A DNA stretch of 64,000 nt from Eledone cirrhosa. Lineage: Eukaryota. The position numbers and the translations under genes are program-made. Below the pieces are notes generated by a model. The model saw only the letters and a program-made list of their open reading frames with translations. It did no database searches and had not been told where the DNA came from. Location: contig OZ024765.1 in the NCBI GenBank assembly GCA_964016885.1, positions 18,104,001 through 18,168,000 on the forward strand, in the 5' to 3' direction. Of this stretch, positions 13,901 to 30,400 are shown piece after piece (position 1 is the stretch's first letter; every line of letters starts with the position of its first letter).

Positions 13901-16900
13901 CAATAACAACAACACCAGCAACAATGACAATAACAACAACACCAGCAACAGTGACAATAACAACAACACCAGCAACAGTGACAATAACAACAACACCAGC
14001 AACAGTGACAATAACAACAACACCAGCGACAGTGACAATAACAACAACACCAGCGACAGTGACAATAACAACAACACCAGCGACAGTGACAATAACAACA
14101 ACAACAGCGACAGTGACAATAACAACAACACCAGCGACAGTGACAATAACAACAACACCAGCGACAGTGACAATAACAACAACACCAGCGACAGTGACAA
14201 TAACAACAACAACAGCGACAGTGACAATAACAACAACAACAGCGACAGTGACAATAACAACAACACCAGCAACAATGACAATAACAACAACACCAGCGAC
14301 AGTGACAATAACAACAACACCAGCGACAGTGACAATAACAACAACACCAGCGACAGTGACAATAACAACAACAACAGCGACAGTGACAATAACAACAACA
14401 CCAGCAACAGTGACAATAACAACAACAACAGCGACAGTGACAATAACAACAACACCAGCAACAGTGACAATAACAACAACACCAGCAACAATGACAATAA
14501 CAACAACACCAGCGACAGTGACAATAACAACAACACCAGCAACAATGACAATAACAACAACACCAGCAACAATGACAATAACAACAACACCAGCGACAGT
14601 GACAATAACAACAACACCAGCAACAATGACAATAACAACAACACCAGCAACAATGACAATAACAACAACACCAGCGACAGTGACAATAACAACAACACCA
14701 GCAACAATGACAATAACAACAACACCAGCAACAGTGACAATAACAACAACACCAGCAACAGTGACAAGAACAACAACACCAGCAACAGTGACAATAACAA
14801 CAACAACAGCGACAGTGACAATAACAACAACACCAGCAACAGTGACAATAACAACAACAACAGCGACAATGACAATAACAACAACACCAGCGACAGTGAC
14901 AATAACAACAACACCAGCAACAGTGACAATAACAACAACACCAGCAACAGTGACAATAACAACAACAACAGCAACAGTGACAGTAACAACAACACCAGCG
15001 ACAATGACAATAACAACAACAACAGCGACAATGACAATAACAACAACACCAGCGACAGTGACAATAACAACAACAACAGCGACAGTGACAATAACAACAA
15101 CACCAGCAACAGTGACAATAACAACAACACCAGCAACAGTGACAATAACAACAACACCAGCAACAGTGACAATAACAACAACACCAGCAACAGTGACAAT
15201 AACAACAACACCAGCAACAGTGACAATAACAACAACACCAGCAACAGTGACAATAACAACAACACCAGCAACAGTGACAATAACAACAACACCAGCGACA
15301 GTGACAATAACAACAACACCAGCAACAGTGACAATAACAACAACACCAGCAACAGTGACAATAACAACAACACCAGCGACAGTGACAATAACAACAACAC
15401 CAGCAACAGTGACAATAACAACAACACCAGCAACAGTGACAATAACAACAACACCAGCAACAGTGACAATAACAACAATGCCAGCAACAATGACAATAAC
15501 AACAACACCAGCGACAGTGACAATAACAACAACAACAGCGACAGTGACAATAACAACAACACCAGCAACAGTGACAATAACAACAACACCAGCAACAGTG
15601 ACAATAACAACAACACCAGCAACAGTGACAATAACAACAACACCAGCAACAGTGACAATAACAACAACACCAGCAACAGTGACAATAACAACAACACCAG
15701 CAACAGTGACAATAACAACAACACCAGCAACAGTGACAATAACAACAACACCAGCGACAGTGACAATAACAACAACAACAGCAACAGTGACAATAACAAC
15801 AACAGCGACAGTGACAATAACAACAACACCAGCAACAATGACAATAACAACAACACCAGCAACAGTGACAATAACAACAACACCAGCAACAGTGACAATA
15901 ACAACAACACCAGCAACAGTGACAATAACAACAACACCAGCAACAATGACAATAACAACAACACCAGCAACAGTGACAATAACAACAACACCAGCAACAG
16001 TGACAATAACAACAACACCAGCAACAGTGACAAGAACAACAACACCAGCAACAGTGACAATAACAACAACACCAGCAACAGTGACAATAACAACAACACC
16101 AGCAACAGTGACAATAACAACAACACCAGCAACAATGACAATAACAACAACACCAGCAACAGTGACAATAACAACAACACCAGCAACAGTGACAATAACA
16201 ACAACACCAGCAACAGTGACAATAACAACAACACCAGCAACAGTGACAATAACAACAACACCAGCAACAGTGACAATAACAACAACACCAGCAACAGTGA
16301 CAATAACAACAACACCAGCAACAGTGACAATAACAACAACACCAGCAACAGTGACAATAACAACAACACCAGCGACAGTGACAATAACAACAACACCAGC
16401 AACAGTGACAATAACAACAACACCAGCGACAGTGACAATAACAACAACACCAGCAACAGTGACAATAACAACAACACCAGCAACAATGACAATAACAACA
16501 ACACCAGCAACAGTGACAATAACAACAACACCAGCAACAGTGACAATAACAACAACACCAGCAACAGTGACAATAACAACAACACCAGCAACAATGACAA
16601 TAACAACAACACCAGCGACAGTGACAATAACAACAACACCAGCAACAGTGACAATAACAACAACACCAGCAACAGTGACAATAACAACAACACCAGCAAC
16701 AGTGACAATAACAACAACACCAGCAACAATGACAATAACAACAACACCAGCGACAGTGACAATAACAACAACACCAGCAACAGTGACAATAACAACAACA
16801 CCAGCAACAATGACAATAACAACAACAACAGCGACAGTGACAATAACAACAACACCAGCAACAGTGACAATAACAACAACACCAGCAACAGTGACAATAA

Positions 16901-17220
16901 CAACAACACCAGCAACAGTGACAATAACAACAACACCAGCAACAGTGACAATAACAACAACACCAGCAACAATGACAATAACAACAACAGCAGCGACAGT
17001 GACAATAACAACAACACCAGCAACAATGACAATAACAACAACAACAGCGACAGTGACAATAACAACACCAGCGACAGTGACAATAACAACAACACCAGCA
17101 ACAATGACAATAACAACAACACCAGCAACAGTGACAATAACAACAACACCAGCAACAATGACAATAACAACAACACCAGCGACAGTGACAATAACAACAA
17201 CACCAGCGACAACAACAACA
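7918..17220 (+). repeat. 27-bp minisatellite array (~345 units; PATVTITTT if translated)
   Basis: unit ccagcaacagtgacaataacaacaaca with three common variant sites (CCA/ACA, GCA/GCG, GTG/ATG). Confidence 0.97.
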
Positions 17221-17467
17221 TATATGTGTATACAGGCACGTCATACCAGCAATGCCCACCACCCCTACCATTAACAAGAGGAAGCCAACGCCAGCAACAG
17301 TTACAATAACAACAACACCAGCAACAGTGACAATAACAACAACACCAGCGACAACAACAACATATATGTGTATACATCACGTCATACCAGCAATGCCCAC
17401 CACCCCTACCATTAACAAGAGGAAGCCAACGCCAGCAACAGTTACAATAACAACAACACCAGCAACT
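17221..17467 (+). repeat. two copies of the ~140-bp parent cassette containing the 27-bp unit
   Basis: tatgtgtataca...cataccagcaatg...ctaccattaacaagaggaag.caa.gccagcaacagt; also at ~7550 and ~7856. Confidence 0.85.
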
Positions 17468-17619
17468 CTCCAGCTATAGAGCTAACTATCTAGACATCTA
17501 GCTATAGATATCTATGGATCTAATCATCCAGCAACCGTACTATCATCTAGTTATCTCGCTGTCTAATTAGCTAGTTTTTCTTTTTCCTATATTGTTTACG
17601 GTTTCGTTTCTAGGATACT

Positions 17620-17898
17620 GAAGCACTCCGTCGGTTACGCCGACGGAGTGCTCCAGTCGATCTGATCAACGGAATAGCCTGCTCATGAAATTAACCTGCA
17701 ACTGTCTGAGCATTCATTAATTTCACAGACACGCGTAACTATAACGTAGTTCTCAGGGAGATTCAGCGTGACACATAATGTGACAATACTGGTCATTCGA
17801 ATTACAGGTACGACTCATTTATGCCAGCTGAGTGGACTGGAGCAACGTTAAATAAAGTGTCTTGCTCAAGGTCACATCACAGCGTGCCGTTGGGAATC
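17620..17898 (-). mobile_element. SINE family B body, cut at the B box
   Basis: ggagcaacgttaaataaagtgtcttgctcaagg...gggaatc matches 2877-2938; the head resumes at 18930-18977. Confidence 0.7.
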
Positions 17899-18690
17899 AG
17901 TGTCACAAGCCACTGGCGCGCAGCTGGACAGCGATAGCCTGCGCATCGGCATTTCCCTGAGGCTTGGCCGCCGGATCTGCGAGCCACACAAATGTCGCTG
18001 CGGATCCACCATGGACTCTTTCGGCCACCACCCGCTTTCCTGTCGCCACAGTGCCGGCCGCCTTCCACGCCATGCTGCCCTCAACGATGTCATAAAGCAT
18101 GGCTTGGATGCTGCAGGCTTCCCCTCCCAGCTCGAACCGGTGGGGGCTGAACCGAGGGGACGGCAAAAAAGACAGACAGCATGACCATCTTCCCGCTCCG
18201 CAGTGGCAAACCCCTCGTCTGGGATGCCACTTGCAGCGACACTTTCTCCAGCCGCAACCTGGTGCAGTCTGCGACTAACTCAGTTTCTTCTGCACTTCGG
18301 GCTGAGGAGGCCAAACTCTCCAAGTACCGGTCGCTCTTCGACAGGTTTGCGGTCGTGCCCTTGGCAGTGGAGACTTCTGGTACCCTTGGCCCTAGGGCTG
18401 CCTCCCTATTCACCACCATAGGCGCTGAGCTGGCCAGCCGCTGGTGTGAGCCTCCCGAGATGGAATGGCTCTTCCAGCGCATCTCTCTTACCATCCTCCG
18501 GAGAAACGCCTTCGCCATTCTGTCCGTCGGGGCTGTGGGGCGGCCAGCATGTGGTACCCCATTTTCTCACTATACAGAGAAATGGGGAGGGCGAGAGAGA
18601 TGGAGGCGATGACAGTGGGAGTTCGGCTTTTCCGTGTTCGGACACATTGCACCTGTCAAGTGTGTAATTTCATATTTGTGACGGGCATTG
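17899..18690 (+). pseudogene. CRE-like non-LTR retrotransposon 3' fragment: zinc knuckle plus restriction-like endonuclease
   Basis: RLG..ICEPHKCRCG...D..GHH.LSC...GR..RH..LND; degenerate DGKR.D; LVWDATC.DT; AE..K..KY; P.AVET.G..G; LFQRIS....R.NA. Frameshift at ~18165-18180. Confidence 0.8.
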
Positions 18691-18720
18691 TCGATTCCTG
18701 TTTCTCAAGTACGTTCATGA

Positions 18721-18904
18721 TAATTGTTTCTACTCTTGGCACAAGGCCAGCAATTACCCCCAGTGTATTACTGGTACTTTATTTTATCGACCCCGTAAGG
18801 ATGAAAGGCAAAATTAACCTCGGCGGGATTTGAACTCAGACCTTAAAGGGACGTAGCTCTGTGCTGCAAAGCATGGCGTCCGACTCTCTACAGACACTGC
18901 CAAT
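18721..18904 (-). mobile_element. SINE family A
   Basis: full-length copy on the minus strand. Confidence 0.85.
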
Positions 18905-18929
18905 ATTTCAGTAGCAGTTAGCACTTGAG

Positions 18930-18977
18930 CTTACGATTGTAAGCCGACGGCCGTAACCACAAAGCCACAGGCCTTCA
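18930..18977 (-). mobile_element. SINE family B tRNA head (separated 5' part)
   Basis: cttacgattg...taaccac..agccac..gccttca matches 2949-2996. Confidence 0.6.
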
Positions 18978-19409
18978 CCCTTCTAGAAAAGAATTATATA
19001 AACAATAATTAAACATCATCTAATAAAAACCAACCGCTCTGTTATAGGTAACAGAAAAGGGAGAACAAAATGTATTGGGAAGGAGCACAAAACATGGGAT
19101 TAAACATCGAACGACGGAGGAGGAGGTACAGATATTATGCCCCAGTCTGAGCGGTGCCTTAGCTGCGCCCCACGGACAACATGGCAAAGGCGTTACCGCG
19201 GACAATGGCCAGGGACAGCTGCTACAAGAGCCACCCCAGCTCACGGTGTGCCTTTCTCAAGCGGGCCGCCGAATTCCAGATTTGTCTAGTGAACTCTGTT
19301 TTGATATATAGCTATCTAACCGTCTAGTCAGCTATTAATCTAGCTTTCTAGCTACATAACTCTACACTTATCTATCTATCTATCTATCTAGCTTTCTAGC
19401 TACATAACT

Positions 19410-20375
19410 CTTGGGCGACTGGCACATCGAATGTGCTCAGGCGCTCACAGTCCTCTGGCAAACAGACCCGGCGATCAGTGGAGACTCCACACCGACATTA
19501 TATAGAGGGTTGGTCCGCAGCAAGTGCGACGACACGCTCGGAGAAACTCTAGGCGTAGAGGAGGACTAACTGGCCAGTCTGTTCGGTAGGACCTTCCACC
19601 CTGGACCAATGGACAACTGCCAAAAGTCCCTGGCCTGGCAGTGCTACCGAGCACCTCTACCAGTTCGAGACAAGCTCCACAGACACGGGCGCCCGGATAG
19701 GGACCTTTCGAAAAAGATCTGTCCGAGATGCGTGCGCGACGAGGAAACCGTCGCGCACGCATTTGTACACTGCCCGGGCGTTACCGACCTGTGGGGCTAT
19801 GTAGAACGACTATTGTCGCGGGTGGGACCAATCCAGTTGACCACCGAGTCCACTGTCATGATCAAACCGCCACCCTGCTTCAAAAACGAGGGAGAGGCAG
19901 TTTTCCTATGTGTTATGTCTATGGTGAAAGAGGTTATATGGTGGACGAGGTTAAAAGGGATGAGGTCAGACACCTTTCTCTCCGGCGAGCAACTGATTCG
20001 TTTTTTCAAATATCATTTTGGAAGAAGAATCAGGATGGACAGAGAGGTGCTGCACCCCAGCAAGTTTTATAAAAGGTGGGTGAATGTGGCAAAGATGGCC
20101 CGAGTGGTTGGGCCTTCTCTCTATATAAGCCTGTAGGTTGAGGAAAAAGAGGAAGAGAGGAAGGGAGTACTCACTCTTGGTGCTCCTGGAGATGAGGGTT
20201 GTACATTTTTTCGGGGTGTGTACAACCCCTGTGTAACGCCTCCCCTCTATTGGGGATTTCAATTGTTATTTGCTATTTTATTAATAGTGTTATTTTCATA
20301 TACCTGTATGTAAACTCCCCATTTGTATTTGTCCCCTTCTTTTGTGCCCTTGTGGCTAATAAAGAAATTTATCTA
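19410..20375 (+). mobile_element. Tx1-like LINE 3' fragment
   Basis: ORF 19609-20136 with a zf-RVT-like domain; 3' UTR ends gtggctaataaagaaatttatctatc. Confidence 0.85.
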
Positions 20376-20444
20376 TCAAATTACTTTTTTTTAATAGAAT
20401 TTATATGATTTACAATAGTTCATAACTTTGCCTATTAATCCGTA

Positions 20445-20730
20445 TGGTGAGCAAATGGGGTCCCACGTGCTGGCCTCCCCACAGTCCCGGCAGACAGGAT
20501 GGAGAAGGAGTTTGGTAAGGGAGATGCGCTGGAAGAGCCATTCCAACTCGCGAGGCTCACACCTGCGGCTGGCCAGCTCAGCGCCCTATGGTGGTGGATA
20601 GGGAGGTAGCCCTAGGACCGAGGACACCAGAACTCTCCACTGCTAGGGGTAGCCAGCTCACTGCCTATGGTAGTAAATAGGGAGGTAGCCCTAGGACCAA
20701 GGACACCAGAAGTCTCCACTGCCAAGGGCA
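20445..20730 (-). mobile_element. CRE-like 3' fragment with internal duplication
   Basis: reverse complement of 18355-18570; ~75-bp internal repeat (gccctaggacc.aggacaccagaa.tctccact) x2. Confidence 0.65.
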
Positions 20731-20769
20731 AAACTATCAAACTATCTAGCTATTCAACTTTCTAGTTAT

Positions 20770-20849
<80 letters not shown>

Positions 20850-20852
20850 ATA

Positions 20853-21395
20853 GCCGATTCAATTGACCGCCGAGTCCGTGATGACAATCAAACCACCTCC
20901 GCTCTTCACAAAGGAAGCAAAGGCGGTCTTTCTGTGCGTAATAGCCATGATGAAAGAGGTTGTGTGGTGGACGCGCCTGAAAGGTCTGAGGTCGGGTGAC
21001 TTTCTCTCCGGCCATCACCTGGTTTACTTCTTCCGATACCACTTCGGAAGAAGGATCAGAATGGAGAGAGAAGTGCTTGGCCCCAGACAGTTTTATGAAA
21101 GGTGGGTGAAAGAAGCGAGAATGGCTCGTGTAAATGGGCCTTCTCTCTACATTGTTCTGTAGGTGAAGAAGTGAAGAGGAAAGGGGGAGCGCCTCCTCTC
21201 TGGGCTTCCCCCGCGAACAGGGTTGCACACTTTTCGGGGGTATGTGCAATCCCCAACACGCCCCTCCCTTTTGAGGACTTTTTATTGTTATATTATTATT
21301 GTTATTCCTTTTTTTTCTTTACTCGATTTATGTAAACTCCCCCACTGTGTATTTGTCCCCTTCTTTTGTGCCCTCGTGGCAAATAAATAGAAATC
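20853..21395 (+). mobile_element. Tx1-like LINE 3' fragment
   Basis: ORF 20863-21162 (KEVVWWTRLKGLRSG...ARMARVNGPSL) flanked by tatctatct on both sides. Confidence 0.85.
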
Positions 21396-21449
21396 TATCT
21401 ATCTATCTATATATCTCTATTTCTCTCTATCTCTCTCTATGTATATATG

Positions 21450-21592
21450 TTCGGATCTAGCTGTCGAAATGGCCGGAGCTCAGCCGTCGGGATCCTGACT
21501 ATTTTCCTGTTACTCACTCTACTACCCTAAGTATTGAGTACTCTGGTGCGTTATTGTCCACCTGGTATCTTACCACACCTTCTTTGTTATAT
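21450..21592 (+). mobile_element. family G PLE terminal fragment
   Basis: ctctactaccctaagtattgagtactctggtgcgtta...cttctttgtta(ta)n. Confidence 0.65.
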
Positions 21593-21605
21593 ATATATAT
21601 ATATA

Positions 21606-22862
21606 GTTATAATTGGGAGGGAAATGCTGCCAATTAAAACACACACACCTGTTGGTTTTCATTTTAATTTATTATAAATTTCCGGTTGGTTGGTTGGTTG
21701 GTTGGTTCAATAATCGGTTGGTTCTTCATATATTGTCAAAGCTCTTTCGTCACACATTCTGTGACCACCTCAGTGACTGATTTTTTATTTTGTGTCTCTC
21801 ATTTGTTCTGTCCTACACCATCTTATTTCTGTGCGTTTTGTGCTGTGTGCTTAGTCTGCGCATTCTTTACATCTGGGTGTGTGTTTTCATTTATCTATTT
21901 ATGTTTATTTACTTGTCATTGGTTGGTTGTTTGTTCTATATGTGTGTGTCTGATTTGTTTTGTTAGTTTGGTTTTTGTATGTGTCTGTATGTCTTCATCT
22001 TGTCCTTAATTGCTAGTTGTGATGTTGTTATTCCAGTCATGTTTTCTGTTTAATTTTCGTTGGATTTCGTTTATATTTGTTGCCTCTGGGATTTTTCTGA
22101 GCATTGCATCTTTTCTGTGTGTGGATATAATTTCTATCTCTATGTTCTCTAATGTGCCCCAATGTTCTATTTTGGCATGTTGGTGGAGTACTGATGAGTT
22201 ATTACCATCCTGGAGTTCTCGCCAGTGTTCACTTATCCCTTCTCCTATGCTACGGGCTGTCTCACCTATGTATGTTGGTGGAGTACTGATGAGTTTTTCC
22301 TATCCTGGAGTTCTCACCAGTGTTCACTTATCCCTTCTCCTATGCTACAGGCTGTTTCACCTATGTATGTCAGTGGAGTACTGATGAGTTATTACCATCC
22401 TGGAGTTCTCACCAGTGTTCACTTATCCCTTCTCCTATGCTACGGGCTGTCTCACCTATGTATGTTGGTGGAGTACTGATGAGTTTTTCCTATCCTGGAG
22501 TTCTCACCAGTGTTCACTTATCGCTTCTCCTATGATACAGGCTGTCTCACCTATGTATGTTGGTGGAGTACTGATGAGTTATTACCATCCTGGAGTTCTC
22601 ACCAGTGTTCACTTATCGCTTCTCCTATGATACAGGCTGTCTCACCTATGTATGTTGGTGGAGTACTGATGAGTTATTACCATCCTGGAGTTCTCGACAG
22701 TGTTCACTTATCCTTTCTCCTATGCTACAGGCTGTCTCACCTATGTTATGTTATATTCTTATTCCTATACTGTCCCTCAGTACATCTTATGCTATATACT
22801 ACGTTCCTAGTTTTGCAGTTAGTTTACGGACTGAATTTGCAGAGTATACATTTCATATCAGT
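21606..22862 (-). mobile_element. decayed Penelope-like element (family H), GIY-YIG C-terminus plus 3' end
   Basis: Colinear with 45207-45980 (CKTRNVVYSIRC...YIGET...EH); degenerate hammerhead at ~21735-21777. Confidence 0.8.
22179..22745. repeat. 95-bp tandem repeat x6 inside the PLE endonuclease coding region
   Basis: gtggagtactgatgag recurs every 95 bp. Confidence 0.9.
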
Positions 22863-23040
22863 GTAGGTTTGTTTTTTTTTAAAACCTATACGTTAAACAT
22901 AATATGTACGTTAAGTCTATGAAATTTGAATTATACTCTATATGTCGGCTATCGATATAATACCAAGTTACCAGGCTGGCCTGTATCTTCTGTATTCTAT
23001 GTTTGAGTTCAAAGTCATCCTGTTACATAATTCTGCAAAC

Positions 23041-23086
23041 AGCACCTGATGAAATCGCCTTGTCTTAATGAAATATGTATAGTGCT
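23041..23086 (+). ncRNA. minimal hammerhead ribozyme (separate PLE family)
   Basis: agcac-CTGATGA-...-GAAA-tatgta-TA-gtgct; stem II is weak. Confidence 0.55.
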
Positions 23087-23149
23087 TTAGCGGAATTAAA
23101 ATTCTAAAGTAAATTTTCCTGTCCGGCCTTCTCTTGTCATTTTAATGAA

Positions 23150-27090
<3,941 letters not shown>

Positions 27091-27158
27091 ACACACACAA
27101 TTGAGATTCTCCAATATCTCCCCTCCCCACCATCCACTCCTCTCCTCTCCAATGACTG

Positions 27159-27208
<50 letters not shown>

Positions 27209-27489
27209 TCTCTCTCTATATATATATCTATATCTATGTATCTCTCTATCTCTCTCCCCCCTCACACCCTTTCTGTTGATTCTCTAATGAGTCATGAATC
27301 GAAGAAGAGAAGAGAAACATCCTATAACACCCCTCCCTTCTCTCTCCCTCTCTTTCCCTCTCTTTCCCTATCTCTCTCTCTCTTTCCCTATCTCTCTCTC
27401 ACATAGATATATACAGAGAGAGAGTTTATGTGAGACAGAGAGAGAGAGAGAGAGAGATAGAGAGAGTAATAGACAGAGACGAAATAGTG

Positions 27490-30400
27490 GTTGGGATGTT
27501 GGTGATGGTGGTGTTGGTGGTGTCGGTGTTGGTTATGTTGGTGGTGGTGATCGTTTTGGTGTTGGTGGTGTTGGTGGTGTTGTTGGCGATGGTGTTGGTG
27601 TTGGTGGTCTTGGTGATGGTGGTGGTGTTGTTTGTGGTGTTGGTGGTGTTGGTAGTGGTATTGGCGATGGTGTTGGTGTTGGTGGTGTTGATGGTGGTGG
27701 TGTTGATTGTGGTGATGGTGGTGGTGGTGTTGGTGGTGTTGATGGTGGTGGTGTTATTTGTGGTTATGAAGGTGGTGGTGTTGATTGTGGTGGTGTTGTT
27801 TGTGGTTATGATGGTGGTGGTGTTTGTGGTTATGATGGTGGTGGTGTTGGTGGTGTTGATGGTGGTGGTGGCGTTGTTTGTGGTTATGATGGAGGTGGTG
27901 CTGTTTGTGGTTATGACGGTGGTGGTGCTGTTTGTGGTTATGAAGGTGGTTGTGCTGTTGGTGGTTATGATGGTGGTGGTGTTGTTTCTGGTTATGATGG
28001 TGGTGGTGTTGTTGGTCGTTATGATGGTGGTGGTGTTGTTGGTGGTTATGATGGTGGTGGTGCTGTTTGTGGTGATGGTGGTGGTGTTGTTTGTGGTTAT
28101 GGTGGTGGTGGTGTTGTTTATGGTGATGGTGGTGGTGTTGTTTGTGGTTATGGTGGTGGTGGTGTTGTTTATGGTGATGGTGGTGGTGTTGTTTGTGGTT
28201 ATGATGGTGGTGGTGTTGTTTGTGGTGATGACGGTGGTGGTGTTGTTTGTGGTGATGGTGGTGGTGTTGTTTGTGGTTATGAAGGTGGTTGTGTTGTTGG
28301 TGGTGATGGTGGTGGTGGTGTTGTTTGTGGTTATGATGGTGGTGGTGCTGTTTGTGGTTATGATGGTGGTGGTGTTGTTTGTGGTGATGACGGTGGTGGT
28401 GTTGTTTGTGGTGATGGTGGTGGTGTTGTTTGTGGTTATAAAGGTGGTTGTGTTGTTGGTGGTGATGGTGGTGGTGGTGTTGTTTGTGGTGATGGTGGTG
28501 GTGGTGTTGTTTGTGGTTATGAAGGTGGTGGTGTTGTTGGTGGTGATGGTGGTGGTGGTGTTGTTTGTGGTGATGGTGGTGGTGGTATTGTTTGTGGTTA
28601 TGAAGGTGGTGGTGTTGTTTGTGGTTATGATGGTGGTGGTGTTGTTTGTGGTGATGGTGGTGGTGGTGTTGTTTGTGGTTATGATGGTGGTGGTGTTGTT
28701 TGTGGTTATGATGGTGGTGGTGTTGTTTGTGGTGATGGTGGTGGTGGTATTGTTTGTGGTTATGAAGGTGGTGGTGTTGGTGGTGTTGATGGTGGTGGTG
28801 GTGTTGGTGGTGTTGATGGTGGTGGTGGTGTTGTTTGTGGTTATGATGGTGGTGGTGTTTGTGGTTATGATGGTGGTGGTGTTGTTTGTGGTGATGGTGA
28901 TGGTGGTGTTGTTTGTGGTTATGATGGTGGTGGTGTTTGTGGTTATGATGGTGGTGGTGTTGTTTGTGGTGATGGTGATGGTGGTGTTGTTTGTGGTTAT
29001 GATGGTGGTGGTGTTGATGGTGGTGGTGTTGTTTGTGGTTATGATGGTGTTGGTGGTGTTGGTGGTATTGGTGATGGTGGTGGTGTTGGTGGTATTGGTG
29101 ATGGTGGTGGTGTTGTTTGTGGTTATGATGGTGGTGGTGTTGGTGGTGTTGATGGTGGTGGTGGTGTTGGTGGTATTGGTGATGGTGGTGGTGGTGTTTG
29201 TGGTTATGACGGTGGTGGTGTTGTTTATGGTTATGATGGTGGTGGTGTTGTTTGTGGTTATGACGGTGGTGGTGTTGTTTATGGTTATGATGGTGGTGGT
29301 GTTGTTTGTGGTTATGATGGTGGTGGTGTTGGTGGTATTGGTGGTGGTGGTGGTGGTGGTGGTGGTGTTGGGGGTGTGGATGGTGGTGTCGGTGGTGGTG
29401 TTGTTGGAGGTGATGGTGGTGGTGGTGTTGTTTGTGGTTATGAAGGTGGTGGTGTTGTGGTGATGGTGGTGGTGGTGTTGTTTGTGGTTATGATGGTGGT
29501 GGTGTTGGTGGTGTTGATGGTGGTGGTGGTGTTGTTTGTGGTTATGATGGTGGTGGTGTTGTTTGTGGTTATGATGGTGGTGGTGTTGTTTATGGTTATG
29601 ATGGTGGTGGTGTTTGTGGTTATGATGGTGGTGTTGTTTGTGGTGATGGTGATGGTGGTGGTGGTGTTTGTGGTTATGATGGTGGTGGTGGTGTTGATGG
29701 TGGTGGTGGTGTTGTTTGTGGTTATGATGGTGCTGGTGTTTTTTGTGGTTATGATGGTGGTGGTGTTGTTTGTGGTTATGATGGTGCTGGTGTTTTTTGT
29801 GGTTATGAATGTGGTGTTGATGGTGGCGGTGGTGTTGTTTGTGGTTATGAAGGTGGTGGTGTTGTTTATGGTTATGATGGTGGTGGTGTTGTTTGTGGGG
29901 TTGGTGGTGTTGTTTGTGCTGTTGGTGGTGTTGTTGGTAGTGTTGATGGTGTTTTTCGTGGTGTTGGTGTTGTCGGTGTTGTTTGTGGTGGTGTTGGTGG
30001 TGTTGATGGTATTTTTTGTGGTGTTGGTGGTGTTGGTGGTGTTGGTGGTGTTGTTTGTGGTGTTGGTGGTGTTGGTGGTGTTGTTTGTGGTGTTGGTGGT
30101 GTTGTTTGTGCTGTTGGTGGTGGTGTTGGTGGTGTTGGTGGTCTTGTTTGTGGTTTTTATTGGTGCTGGAGATATTGGTGGTGGTTTTCGCGCAGGTGGT
30201 GATTGTGGCGGATGTGGTTATGATGGTGGTGGTGATGCTGGCGATGGTTTTGGTGATGGTGGTGTTGGTGGTGTTGTTGGTGGTGGTGTTTGTGGTGTTG
30301 GTGGTGGTGGTGGTGTTGGTGATCCTGTTGGTGGTGTTGTTTGTGCTGTTGGTGGTGTTGGTGGTGGTGTTGGTGGTGTTGTTGATGTTGTTGTTGTTGG

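Noticed and set aside
7243-17380. 3344-aa Cys-rich and 3159-aa Leu-rich minus-strand ORFs
   Set aside because: Antisense readings of the 27-bp unit, which lacks stops in those frames; not metallothionein or keratin-associated proteins.
22179-22745. CTGATGAG in each 95-bp unit as a retrozyme-like hammerhead array
   Set aside because: It is the antisense of Ser-Ser codons in the PLE ORF, with no downstream GAAA or stems.
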